Below, one piece after another: positions 24,577-36,257 of a DNA stretch of 64,000 nt. Within the stretch, counting starts at the first letter, position 1. Each line of letters opens with the position of its first letter. This stretch comes from Selaginella moellendorffii. Taxonomy: Eukaryota; Plantae; Lycopodiophyta. The position numbers were made by a program, and so were the translations under genes. Below the pieces are notes generated by a model. The model worked only from the letters and a program-made list of their open reading frames with translations. It was not told where the DNA came from and did no database searches. The stretch covers positions 1,205,370 through 1,269,369 of the forward strand of contig NW_003314285.1 in assembly GCF_000143415.4 (NCBI RefSeq), in the 5' to 3' direction.

Positions 24577-25805
24577 TGTCGTGAATATGACTGTGGATAT
24601 CAAGAGTTACCTGTTGGTGAGTCCTTTTAGATATTCTTTCCTTTCTGCCATGATGGTAGGAGGTTGGTATTGCTAGATCCTTTATCAGTCCTTATATTAG
24701 TTGAGTTAACTGCTCATCTAATCTAAGTACACTCAAAATGCCCATAAAGACAAAATTCCTAAATGCTATTAACTAAGCATATATAGCTAGTCATTGTGTC
24801 TTGCACTAATTAGTAATAAAAACCCCTGCATATTAAGACTAGTCGATCAATATTGCTAGATGATAACTTACCATATCTACCAAACACCCTCATTATCATG
24901 CCCTATATGTGTTGGTCATGTTTGGTCCTAATTACTATTTATGGAAAGTGTATAGATTTGTTAATTTGGCATATTTACGAAATATAGAGATTATCTTGAA
25001 CACAATGGTATTTGTCCCATATTCAAATTTGCAATCTATCGCCATTCCATATTTAGTAAGTTTTCACGCTTGTCTTAGAGACTAACTCGTAGTACTAAGG
25101 GCAACTAAGGGTGAAAGCCCAAAATATGCATTCTTCACAAGAGGGGGGGGGGTTTCCAAATGTATAATGGAGCCATTGCAAGCGTCCCAAGATTGGTTTC
25201 CATAGTGCCTAAAAAGAAACCATGTAACAAACTGGTTGATTAACCTAAGGCATAGTTTAGCTCCCATTTGCGTGCCTGTCCTTGTTTTACATTTAGCTTA
25301 GGTTCCAAGTTCCACACCATACTAGTTAGTGGAGTACCTATATCCTCACGTTATGTCACTAGTATGCTGAAATAGCATTCAGCTTGGGTCTAAGCCCAAG
25401 TTCCATACCATACTAGCTGGTGGAATACCCATATCCTCATGTTAGGCTAAAATAGTACCAGACTCTGTTTTACATATTGGTCTTAGCATTGGGATGCTAG
25501 AAGCTTGAGGATTGTTCGAACATCGCTCTGTACTCTATGCTTCTGTCCCTTTGCTCCTTAGGCTGAATGCTTGAGAGTTGTTCCATACTTTGATTCCTTC
25601 ATTCTTTGGCTGCAAGCTTGGGAGTTTAGCTTTGCACCTTCATTTAGTGGACCAAGGCTGTAAAACTTAGGTTCCACTCCACTGTCCTTTGGACACATGG
25701 CATGTGGCTCTTGGTATATGACACATGGCACAAAGAGGGTTTAAGTTCCTGGTTATCTTATGGTAAATCACTATAGGATAAAGGGTGAAAACCACATGCA
25801 CTACA
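24577..25805 (+). mobile_element. LTR family B copy
   Basis: TGTCGTGAATATGACT...AAAACCACATGCACTACA termini; homologous to 36258-37373. Confidence 0.8.
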
Positions 25806-28163
25806 TTTGATATTTATAGTGTATGTGGTTTTCACTTTATCTTATAGTGACTTACTATAGGATAACTACAAAATGCATTACAACTCTTACTTATAGATTT
25901 TTTGTTTTCCTTATTTCCCATCTTCTAAAGAACCCTAGAAAAAACTTTCGAATGAAGGAAAAGTATGTAAATATATAACAGCTGTAAAATTAGTTAAAAT
26001 ATGTAGTCAAATCAAAATATAATAATTGTAGCAATAGTTTTCCTCTAATACCAAATGTAGCATATGTGGTTTTCACCCTTTATCCTTTGGTGCTTTACCA
26101 TAGGATAACCACGAAGCTGAATCTAAACTCTCTATATGCCATGTGTCATATGCCATGTGTCCAAGGATAGTGAAGCAAAACTCGAGTTTTAGGGCCTTAG
26201 GCCACTAAATGAACATATGGAGCTAAACTCTCAAGCTTACAACTAAGAAGTGAAGGAACTCGACTATAGAGCTACTATTGAGCATTTAGTCTAAAGAACA
26301 AAGGGACAGAAGCATAGAGTGACATTAGAACAGTCCTAGAGCTTTTATCGTCCTAATGCTAGGATTAAATGAAGTTTAGTTTTATTACAGCCTAACGAGA
26401 GGATATGGGTACTCTACTAGCTAGTATGATATGAAACTTAGGCTTAGACCTAAGCTGGATACAAAACAAAGAGAAGCATGTAAGTGAGAGTTAAACCATA
26501 CCTTAAATTAGTTAGCCATACCCAATTTACCCACTATCCCTACTATACATCCCCAACCCCCCCCCCCCCCCCCGTTGAGGAATGCACATTTTGGGCTTTC
26601 ACCCTTAGTTACCTTTAGTATCAAGAGTTAGTTAGTCTCTGGGACAAATGTGAAAACTTACTAAATATGGAATAGTGCTAGATTGTGAATTTGGACATAC
26701 CTATAAGCGACTAAATTTTCTATTTTACTTTAGTTAATTAACCACACCTCCAACCACTTGGAGGAGTCTCACTCACAACCTCCATAAATCCTATTTCGGA
26801 CCTAGGGACTTGCTAGCCCCAATAATGGCATCTGTGCCACTCAACCGTTGCACTTGGTCCAAGTGCTCCATGTGTCTAGTCCCATGACTAACACCCCAAG
26901 GTACCACTGACATACTAGCCCGTTATGTTAAGGCCATGCCCATTCACCTTGGTCACACCAGTAGTCAAACACCACCTACATTGCAGTCCCATCTCTCAAA
27001 GACTGGGCCATCCGTTCATGAGTGACTATCCCAGGTCTACTCCTTAGCATCCTTAAGATGCCTGTAGACATGGGGAATAGCCTTCCCCAATATCCCTTTA
27101 AGAGTCCCCACCAAATCCCTTTTTGGTCCATGGCCATGTTCGCCCACACTGCCACTAGGACAAGGCCCATCGGCCTGACCACTAAGTCCCACTGTCCTCT
27201 GGGACTTTCTCATCACATGACCATATCCTTGGTCACCACACTAGAGGACTGCTCCTTTCCATTCTATAGTTTGGGACTTTGGGACAACATTTCGGAACAC
27301 CGTGGTCTTACGCGAGCCTTGTGGGTACTCTTTCTGTTTTCTACCTTTGGGTGCTCTAGCCATGGGCTTAGAGTAAGGTTCTATTGAGCCATGCCAGGTA
27401 TCCAAGTAGGTAGTGCCACCCACACTTGGACTAGGAGCATCGACCATTCGATCTCTCGGGGGGACTAAAGCTGGCTCTTGAACACTTCACCAAGTTACCT
27501 TGTTTGACGGTTCGTATTCACTCTAGCCTTGGACCTCCCAGTGGCTATCCCATCACCCAACACCTGGGTACAGCCTTCCTGGGCCAAATTGGCCTTTCCT
27601 GGCCAAACTGGCTCCACTGGAGTCCTCCCCCTACTATACTTTTGGAGCTCACCAAACCCCCTAGGGTTTGGGAGACGAATGCTTTGGGATTTCACCCTCT
27701 CAGACTTGAACTCAGACTCGGACTTGGACTCAAACTTGGACTCGGGCTTGGGCTCGGTCTCGGCCTCGGCCGCGGTCTCGGTCTCGGTCTCAGTCTCAGT
27801 CCCAGTCCTGGTCTCGATCTCGACTTCAAACATACCAGCCCATTACACTAATGCCATGCCCCTTCACCTTGGTCATACCGGTGGTCCATGCATCGTAGTC
27901 CTGTCTCTCAACGACTGGGCTATCCCTCCAAGAGTGACCATCCAAGGTCCACTCCTTAGCATCCTTAAGATGCCCACACACATGAGGAACCACCTTCCCC
28001 AATATCCCTTTTACAATCCCCACCAAGTCCCTTTTCCATCTATGGCTGAGTTTGCCTACACTGCCACTGGGAGAAGGCCCACCAGCCTAACCACTAAGTC
28101 CCACTGTCTTTTGGGACTTTCTCACCACATGACCATATCCTTGGTCACCACACTAGAGGACTA

Positions 28164-30030
28164 TGTGAGACACAAAATCCCTAAGCCCCAAAGTGGAGCT
28201 GGAAGGGCGCCACATGGTAGTGGCCGAAGCGAGAGCCAAACGAGCGTAACACGTTTGGACCAAAAGCTCCGACTTGAAAAGTCAAGAGCGGGAGTGGAAC
28301 TCCCAATGAAGTGCTCGAGGAACGAGCACGAAGCAAGCAAAAGGCGAGGCTCCAAAAAGGGACCCAAAAGGACCAACACATGACACGTGGGAGTGTCCGA
28401 GATGGAGTCCGAAGTGGAGTCCGAGGTGGACCCGAGATGGACCCGAGTTGGAGTCTGAAGTGGAGTCCGAGATGGAGTCCGAGGTGGACCCGAGATGGAC
28501 CCAAAATGGAGTCCGAGATGGAGTCCGAGATGGACCCGAGATGGAGTCCGAGATGGACCCGAGCTGGAGTCCGAAGTGGAGTCCGAGATGGACCCGAGAT
28601 GGAGTCCGAGATGGAGTCCGAGATGGAGTCCGAGGTGGACCCGAGATGGACCCGAAATGGAGTCCGAGATGGAGTCCGAGATGGACCCGAGATGGAGTCC
28701 GAGATGGACCCGACCTGGAGTCCGAAGTGGAGTCCGAGATGGACCCGAGATGGAGTCCGAGATGGAGTCCGAGATGGAGTCCGAGGTGGACCCGAGATGG
28801 ACCCGAAATGGAGTCCGAGATGGACCCGAGATGGACCCGAGATGGAGTCCGAGATGGAGTCCGAGATGGAGTCCGAGATGGAGTCCGAAGTCGAGACCGA
28901 GACCAGGACCGAGACCGAGACCGAGACCGAGATCGGGACCGAGACCGAGACCGAGGCCGAGGCCGAGACCGAGGCCGAGCCCGAGTCCGAGTCTGAATCT
29001 GAGTCCGAGTCCGAGTCCGAGTCCGGAGCCTGAGAGGGTGAAAGCCCAAAGCGTTCGTCTCCCAGACCCTGGGGGGTTTGGTGAGCTCCAAAAGTATAGT
29101 AGGGGGAGGACTACAGTGGAGCCAGTTTGGCCAGGAAAGGCCAGTTTGGCCCAGGAAAGTCGAACCCAGTGTTGGGTGATGAGCTGCCCACTGGGAAGTC
29201 CAAGACTAGAGTGAACACGGACCGACAAGCGGGGTAGCTTGGTGAAGTGTTCAAGAGCCGGCTCTAGTTCCCCCGGGAGATCGACTGGCCGATGCTCCCA
29301 GTCCAAGTGTGGGTGGCACTACCTACTTGGATACCAGGCGTGGCTCAACGGAACCTCGCTCTAAGCCCATGGCTAGAGCACCTAAGGGCAGAAGGTGAGG
29401 AGAGTACCCAGGTGGCTCGCGTAAGGCCACGGTGTTCCGAAATGTTGCCCCAAAGGCCCAGACTGTGGAAAGGAAGAGGAGCAGTCCTCTGGGGTAGTGA
29501 CCAAGGACACAGTCGTGTGGTGAGGAAGTCCCAGAGGACCGTGGGACATGGGTGGTCGGGCCTGTGGGTCTCGATCCAGTGGCAGTGTTGGCAAACACGG
29601 CCAGGGGCAGAAAGGGACTTAGTGGGGACTGACAGAGGGATATTGGGGAAGGCTATTCCCCTTGTTGGTGGGCATCCTAAGGGTGCTAAGGAGTGGATCT
29701 CAGATGACCACTCACGGATGGTTTGCCTAGTCTTGGAGAGCCAAGACTGTGATGCAAGTGGTAATGGACTACCAGGGTGGCAAAGGTGATTGGGCATGGC
29801 CTTAGCGTAACGGGCCAGTACGTCGGTGATACCTTGGGGTGTCGATCATGGGATCGGACACGTGGAGCACTTGGACCAAGTGCTAAGGTTGAGTGGCATG
29901 GATGCCATTCTCGGGGCTAGCAAGCCCCAAGTCCTGAGTTGGACTTATGGAGGTTGTCAATGAGACTCCTCCAAGTGGTCAGAGGTGTGGTTAAGTGACT
30001 AAAGTAAAATGGAAAATTTAGTCGCTTACA
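28164..30030. mobile_element. Young family-A solo LTR (1867 bp) inserted in opposite orientation into the older family-A copy, TSD GACTA
   Basis: TGTGAGACAC...GTCGCTTACA termini; GACTA at 28159-28163 and 30031-30035. Confidence 0.92.
28395..29030. repeat. Minisatellite of interleaved 12-bp (ATGGAGTCCGAG) and 11-bp (ATGGACCCGAG) units grading into 6-bp CCGAGA/CCGAGT units
   Basis: Directly visible. Shorter or decayed versions at ~27700-27830, 30460-30745, 38985-39370, 41700-41970 and 53845-53975. Confidence 0.95.
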
Positions 30031-31331
30031 GACTACTCCTTTAAATTCTACAGTTTGGGACTTTGGGACAACATTTTGGAACACTGTGGCCTTATGCGAG
30101 CCTTGTGGGTACTCTTCCCACTTTCTACCTTTGGGTGCTCTAGCCATAGGTTTAGAACGAGGTTCCGTTGAGCCACGCCAGGTATCCAAGTAGGTAGTGC
30201 CACCCACATTTGGATCTCTCGGGGGGACTAGAGCTGGCTCTTGAACACTTCACCAAGCTACCCTACTTGACAGTTAGCCTTGGACCTCCCAATGGCTATC
30301 CCATCACCCAACACCTGGGTACAACCTTCCTAGGCGAAATTAGCCTTTCTTGGCCAAACTGGCTTCACTGGAATCCTCCCCTTACTATACTTTTGGAGCT
30401 CACCAAACCCTCCAGGGTCTGGGAGACAAACGCTTTGGGCTTTCACCCTCTCAAACTCGAACTTGGACTTGGACTCGGGCTTGGGCTCGGTCTCGGCCTC
30501 GGCCGTGGTCTCAGTCTCGGTCTCGGTCTCAACTTCAGACTCTGTCTCAGGTCCTTCTTGGACTCCATCTCGAATTCTATCTCGAGTCCATCTCAGACTC
30601 CATCTCGGGTCCATCTCAGACTCCATCTCAGACTCCATCTCGGGTCCATCTCAGACTCCATCTCGGACTCTATCTCAGGTCCATCTTGGGTCCATCTTGG
30701 GTCCATCTCAGACTCCATCTCGGGTCCATCTCAAACTCCATCTTATTGCTCGCTTTATGCTTGTTCCTTGAGCATTTCATTGGGAGTTCCACTCCTACTC
30801 TTGACCTTTCAAGTCGGAGCTTTTAGTCCAAACGTGTTGGCATTCACTTCAGCCACTACCATGTGGCACCCTTTCGGCTCCACTTTTTGGCTTAGGGATT
30901 TGTGTATCACAATACCACCATTGTTTTCAAAACAATATTTACATTCTATAGATATGCCAAATTAGCAAATCTAGACACTTTTCATAAATAGTAATTGGGA
31001 TATAATAGTAAGGGTATTTAGTAGACATGGTAAGCTATCATCTAATGATATTGAGGGACTAATTTTAATATGTGGGGGTTTTTGTCACTAGCTAGTGCAA
31101 GATATAACGAGACAGGAACTCTTTATTGGGCTAAGTATATTAATGACACGTCCATCCTTATGCTTCTCTAGTCTAAGTACACTTGAAATACCTAGTTAAC
31201 TCTATTAGCATAAGAGGGATTGATAAAGGACTTAGCAATACCAACCTCCTACCATTGTGGTAATAAAAAAAGAATATCTGAAAGGACTTGTTGACATATA
31301 ACTTTCAATACTTGTAATCATATTCACAACA

Positions 31332-34300
31332 CTCTCCCTTAGGGAAAATTGATATCCTCATTGATAAGTCTAGAACACTACCAAGTAAACAACTCTAGAA
31401 AAAATTTATGGTATTTACACTTTATGAGAAATGCACCAACTTAAATGAGTTATAAAGCAATTTCTTTCTCTAACACAAATGCATTACAAATCAAACACCT
31501 TCCAACTATCATCGACAAAGAAATGACCAATGGAGCTAGCCACTATTGTTGCTCTAGATGTCACCCAATTTACAAAAGAGTGATATGCCCCTACTTGCAA
31601 TTAGTATAGAGAGAGAAGTCAAAGGCCCCAACCCTCATAAGCAACCAAACCAACCTATCAGTAAAGTTTAGATAGACTACTGTAAATAAGTAGTTAAAGT
31701 TGTTTATATAGTCATACTCTTTGAATGAAATAAGGAATATTGAGAGGGAAGTAGGTTATGTGACTAGTTGATGGTAGCTACCACATGACTAAAGATTTCA
31801 TTATACACACGAAATGCCAAAGCCAATTTACCTATACTAGCCCAAACCCAAAATCAAAAGATGGACAATATCAAGAGTTATAAACAATAATATCTTAGAG
31901 ACTTAATTATTAGTGAATAAATTTTAGATTAGAACACAAAGGTATTCCAAGTAAGTTATCATCCGATAAAATAATATCATAGGAACTACCAAGATCATCA
32001 TAATTGGAAAATATAAGATTCACTATCCAATAAAATTCAATAGCAAGTGTACCATCAAGAATACTCAACAATAAAATTAAACTATCAAAGATTGCAAATA
32101 ATATGCCAAACAATTTATGAAAAATAACTAAAAAAACACAAAGTATCATTGATAGATAAGCAAAGAGCTCATGAATGTATCTCTCAAAAGAAATAACATC
32201 CAAGCTATCAAAATTAACAATAGTAACAATCAACAGAACAAAATGAATGTTGCAAAACCAATAAACACTCATTTATGCCAATTATCACACTAGCTAATCT
32301 GAATAGATCTTAAAGGAACTCAAGTTGCTTAAGCAAGCGTCAGTAACATTCTATTGATATTTCAAACCTAAGAGATTAATCTAGAGCAACCACAAAAAAT
32401 ATGTGGTAATGCGAAAAGCCATAATTTATTTCAAACCATAAAGAATATGTGGTAATGCGAAAAGCCATAATTTATTTCAAACCATAAAGAATATGTGGTA
32501 ATGCGAAAAGCCATAATTTATCAAAGAGAATAACCAACTATTATGAAAGATCAGCAATCATCTCATCAATAGAGAGATATATAATTATTGTTAAGCCGCG
32601 ATAGTTATTAAGCCGCGATAGTTATTAAGCCGCGATAGTTATCATTAAATATTAATAATAATTAAGCAAAACATTTGATAAAGATAATTAACTATCTTAG
32701 ATGATAATCAATCATTACCAATGATTGTTAAATGTAGAAGCTAACTTCAACATCAAAGCTAATAAACTAAAATGCCTTCCCAACAGCTCTTAATAAATGG
32801 AATAATAAACATAAAAATTCAAAGAACCAAAAACTTGAAGAAAACCTTATCTAACACTGATTATGAGTTTTATATGAACTAACTTTAATGCCAAAGAAAA
32901 AATTATAATACAAGTTATAATATTTTCCTTAGCATATCTAGAAGCCAACTTTATAATACAAAAGCTAATGAAGGAACATATCTACATCAATATAAAATCC
33001 AAGAAAAATAAAGCTATACTTAATAAGTGATCACTAAATGATCCTTTATAAATCCATCTCCTATAATAAGATGTAACTCACTTCATAGCAAACATAAAAA
33101 TAATCATTAATAATTAAAATATTTTCAGCTTAAATTCAATAAGAATTCAATCATTTTATTATAGTTCATTAACTCTTTCTTTCGTAAAGTTAACATAGTC
33201 CACTTTTTAAAGAAAAGCCAAAACTTAACCCTTACTAAACAATTTCATCTAGAACACAACTAACTCAAACTTGCCACTCAACTCATTTGAATGCTAATAT
33301 AATTGCTAACTAGCAAATGCACAAATGTTAATAACACAAAGCTACAGCCAAATCATTAACACTATTTACATCTAGACTAATGAAATTCAATATTAATCCT
33401 TATTTCATTTTACTTGAATTTCAACATTAACAATGTCAATGATAAGGCATCACTTCAATGCCATCAACACTAGAACAAAACTAAAAGAAAATAAGAGTGA
33501 ATCACCATTTAAAACTCTTTAGCAACCAAGCTAAGATCAAAGATACTATATTTAGTATCCAAGACCAATCCTTCAACAATACTCAACTATATATAACACA
33601 TCATTGAGGAGTGATTTACCATATTTAAGACTCAATGTAATTTAACACTATGGACCAAACGTAACCAAATGATATCGATAGAGATAGGATTGATATGCTA
33701 ACATGGAAAAATCATGCAAGCCCACGATATGATCTTCTGCAACACCATTTAGTAAAGCAATTCTACCATTGTTAAATCATCATTGAGCGAAAAAAATGTT
33801 AATAGTCCTTAACAAAGTTTACAAATAAACATTAATTGCAAAACAACTACCAATTACTTTTTAACTTGCATTCACAAGACCCAAACACTAAACTCACACT
33901 TCTCCAACAAAAACGTATACATGAGGTACTAAATATAGGAACATAGAAATGACTATTTAAATCCAATTGAACCACAATAAACTCATCAACATGTTTAGCT
34001 AATAGTTTTGAGCACACCTTAAAGAGACTATCTATACATGACTAACACTTAGCCAAAACTAAAGTGAAAACCATGAAATGGACTCATATTTGTACACAAC
34101 TTTTTCATAAACAAAGTTATAATATGGATATTAGCACTTAAACCTTAAACAACTAAGTTGAATCTCACCATCCTCAGTCAAAGAACAAGGCTACCAAGAC
34201 TAAATCAAAATCAGTGAGAGTTCACTACTCTCATAGAGTTTAATGAAATATATGATGTAACCTATCACCAAGTATAACACTACAAAAGAAAGGCACAATA

Positions 34301-36257
34301 TCATGTTTCTAGAAAAGTGCAATAGCCATTTTTGTACCCCAACTCTAAACTTTATCAAACTCAATTGTCTTAACCCCAAAATGTAATCTCTCTTTTAGGC
34401 TATATCATATAAACTACATACTAAGGTCTAAGCTAACTTAAATCAACTCTAACCTTTTCACTAGTTTGTATTAGCTTATGAAAATGAATGGTTTTTAGCC
34501 AAAGTAATAATCAATAGATCAGTCATTACAAAAGTTTAAGAAAATTTGAGAAAACTTTTCATCCAAGAGAAAGAATGACTCTCAATATAGGAATACAAAC
34601 TTTCAAGACTTAACCAACTTCCTCATACTAACAACTTCACAGAGGTTCATCTCAACATAAATTTTTATGACCTAGCAACATATTTAAGTATTGAACACCA
34701 TACCCATATTTTTAACATCTAACACCAACATCTGTAAATGCTAATGAATACCCAAAATATGATTATGAAGACCACATCTTCAAATATCTATATTGCATTT
34801 ACACTCTTCTTCAATCATTTTCAAGTTTTAATACAAAACTAAGATACTAACAAGAAAAATTATGTAAAAATCAAGCTCTAAGGAAAAACTCCTCATCACT
34901 CGAAATAACAATATCACTTCCTCCAACACAAGTAATAGCAATGTCAATGTCTTAACTTCATATTTTTTCCATCTAACAATTTATTCCAAATGTTAACAGA
35001 TTTATTAACAAGCTATAGCAAATAAATGTTATAACTTTTTTCCAACACCTCCATGGGCAAACTTTCAATAACCAAGGTACCATACAAGCTTAGCATAATA
35101 GGCCACCATTAAGAATTTAGTTAAAGCTATTACTATGCTACTTTGTGCAAGTAAACTAGCTTCACTATCAACCACTTTGGGGTTAATCATTATTTAACCA
35201 AGCAACTTCATAAACACATTATTTACGATTATATAGATATGATATAAAAATCATAATGACTTGATCATCAATCAAGTAACAGCATTAGTAAACCCATATT
35301 ATTACCTTAAAGTTATCAAATACCAACTCTATTCGACAAAATATAACATAAATGCCACACCCCACCAATAGAGATTTATAACACTGAACACCACCAACTT
35401 TTTTTACAACATAAACAAGCTCATACCACTCTTTTTCCAACCAAACTCAAACTAATCCAACACCAAATTATTCAAGGAGCAATAGCAAAGTTTCCTAGAA
35501 AATAATTAAGTATTGTAACCCATGTCTTTAATAGCAAGCCTAAACAAAATGGTTTAATGCTTCACCACTATCCATCCCACGACTCACCACTTGTAAAACC
35601 ATTATAATTAACATATATCAAGGTAAAGACTTTTGATTACATGATGTGAACATAAGCAATGAATCATACCTTATTGCAAATTGTCTCTCTAAGAAAAGAA
35701 AATTATTTATATGTTTGATCCTTTGTCCCTAATAACTCTCTTTTCAATTTCAACTTAACTAAACCTTAAACCTATATTCGTACTGCTTTCAGTGTAATTC
35801 AAGAAAATTTTATAAGAGAGCACGACAATGACTACTTGAACCAATAGACTAATCCTTACAGTCTTGATTGATCCACTTATAATCATGCCTAGAAAGGATC
35901 CACTAATGCCGTGCTAAACAATTATAAACTAATCCCACTTATAACAAACCTAGGGAAGGTTTACTTCTTATCCATGGTAATAAGGAACAACCCATGGAAC
36001 CACTGATAGGTTAATATTAATTTTGCCAACTCAAAGTGTAACCTTGAGTTGCTAATATACCTCACTCACAAGCTCAAGCGAAAGCTCATACAATCTAGTA
36101 CGAAAAGGTAACCAAAATTTATACCCAAGGAATAATTGCGAAGTTATAGCACCCAAACGTGTACCTACTTGGATAATCATTTTCATCTCTGTGTATGCAA
36201 CAAGACTAGTTGCCCAATCTCATTGGATAGTACTCACTGAGACTCATTTTTTGATAC
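31332..36257 (-). mobile_element. Heavily decayed internal region of a family-B LTR retrotransposon
   Basis: Collinear in reverse complement with 37740-38750 plus 47125-49520 and with 50570-53600. No long ORFs. Confidence 0.7.
32398..32641. repeat. Two perfect micro-tandem arrays: 46 bp x ~2.7 (32398-32521) and 17 bp x 3 (32591-32641)
   Basis: Units AATATGTGGTAATGCGAAAAGCCATAATTTATTTCAAACCATAAAG and TTAAGCCGCGATAGTTA. Confidence 0.9.

Larger units (their letters stand above)
26702..30911. mobile_element. Family-A solo LTR with a ~0.9 kb internal tandem duplication, TSD ATACC
   Basis: ATACC at 26697-26701 and 30912-30916. Termini TATAAGCGAC (mutated TG) and TATCACA. The sequence from ~26911 restarts at ~27831. 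Confidence 0.85.
26056..31331 (-). mobile_element. LTR family B copy split by nested family-A LTRs; PBS on one side, PPT on the other
   Basis: TG at 26056 and CA at 31331. On the minus strand, TTTGGTATTAGAG (tRNA-iMet PBS-like) lies at 26043-26055 and a purine tract at 31332-31350. Confidence 0.75.

Noticed and set aside
28395-29030. CRISPR-like regular repeats
   Set aside because: The units are contiguous with no unique spacers; there are no cas genes; the context is eukaryotic.
29028-29055. Hammerhead ribozyme (retrozyme) at CTGAGAGGGTGAAAGCCCAAA
   Set aside because: It lacks the CUGANGA core and the GAAA after stem II, and no stems I or III were found.
28161-29306. Several 180-380 aa ORFs on both strands
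   Set aside because: They are translations of a stop-poor minisatellite inside a solo LTR, with no protein-like content.
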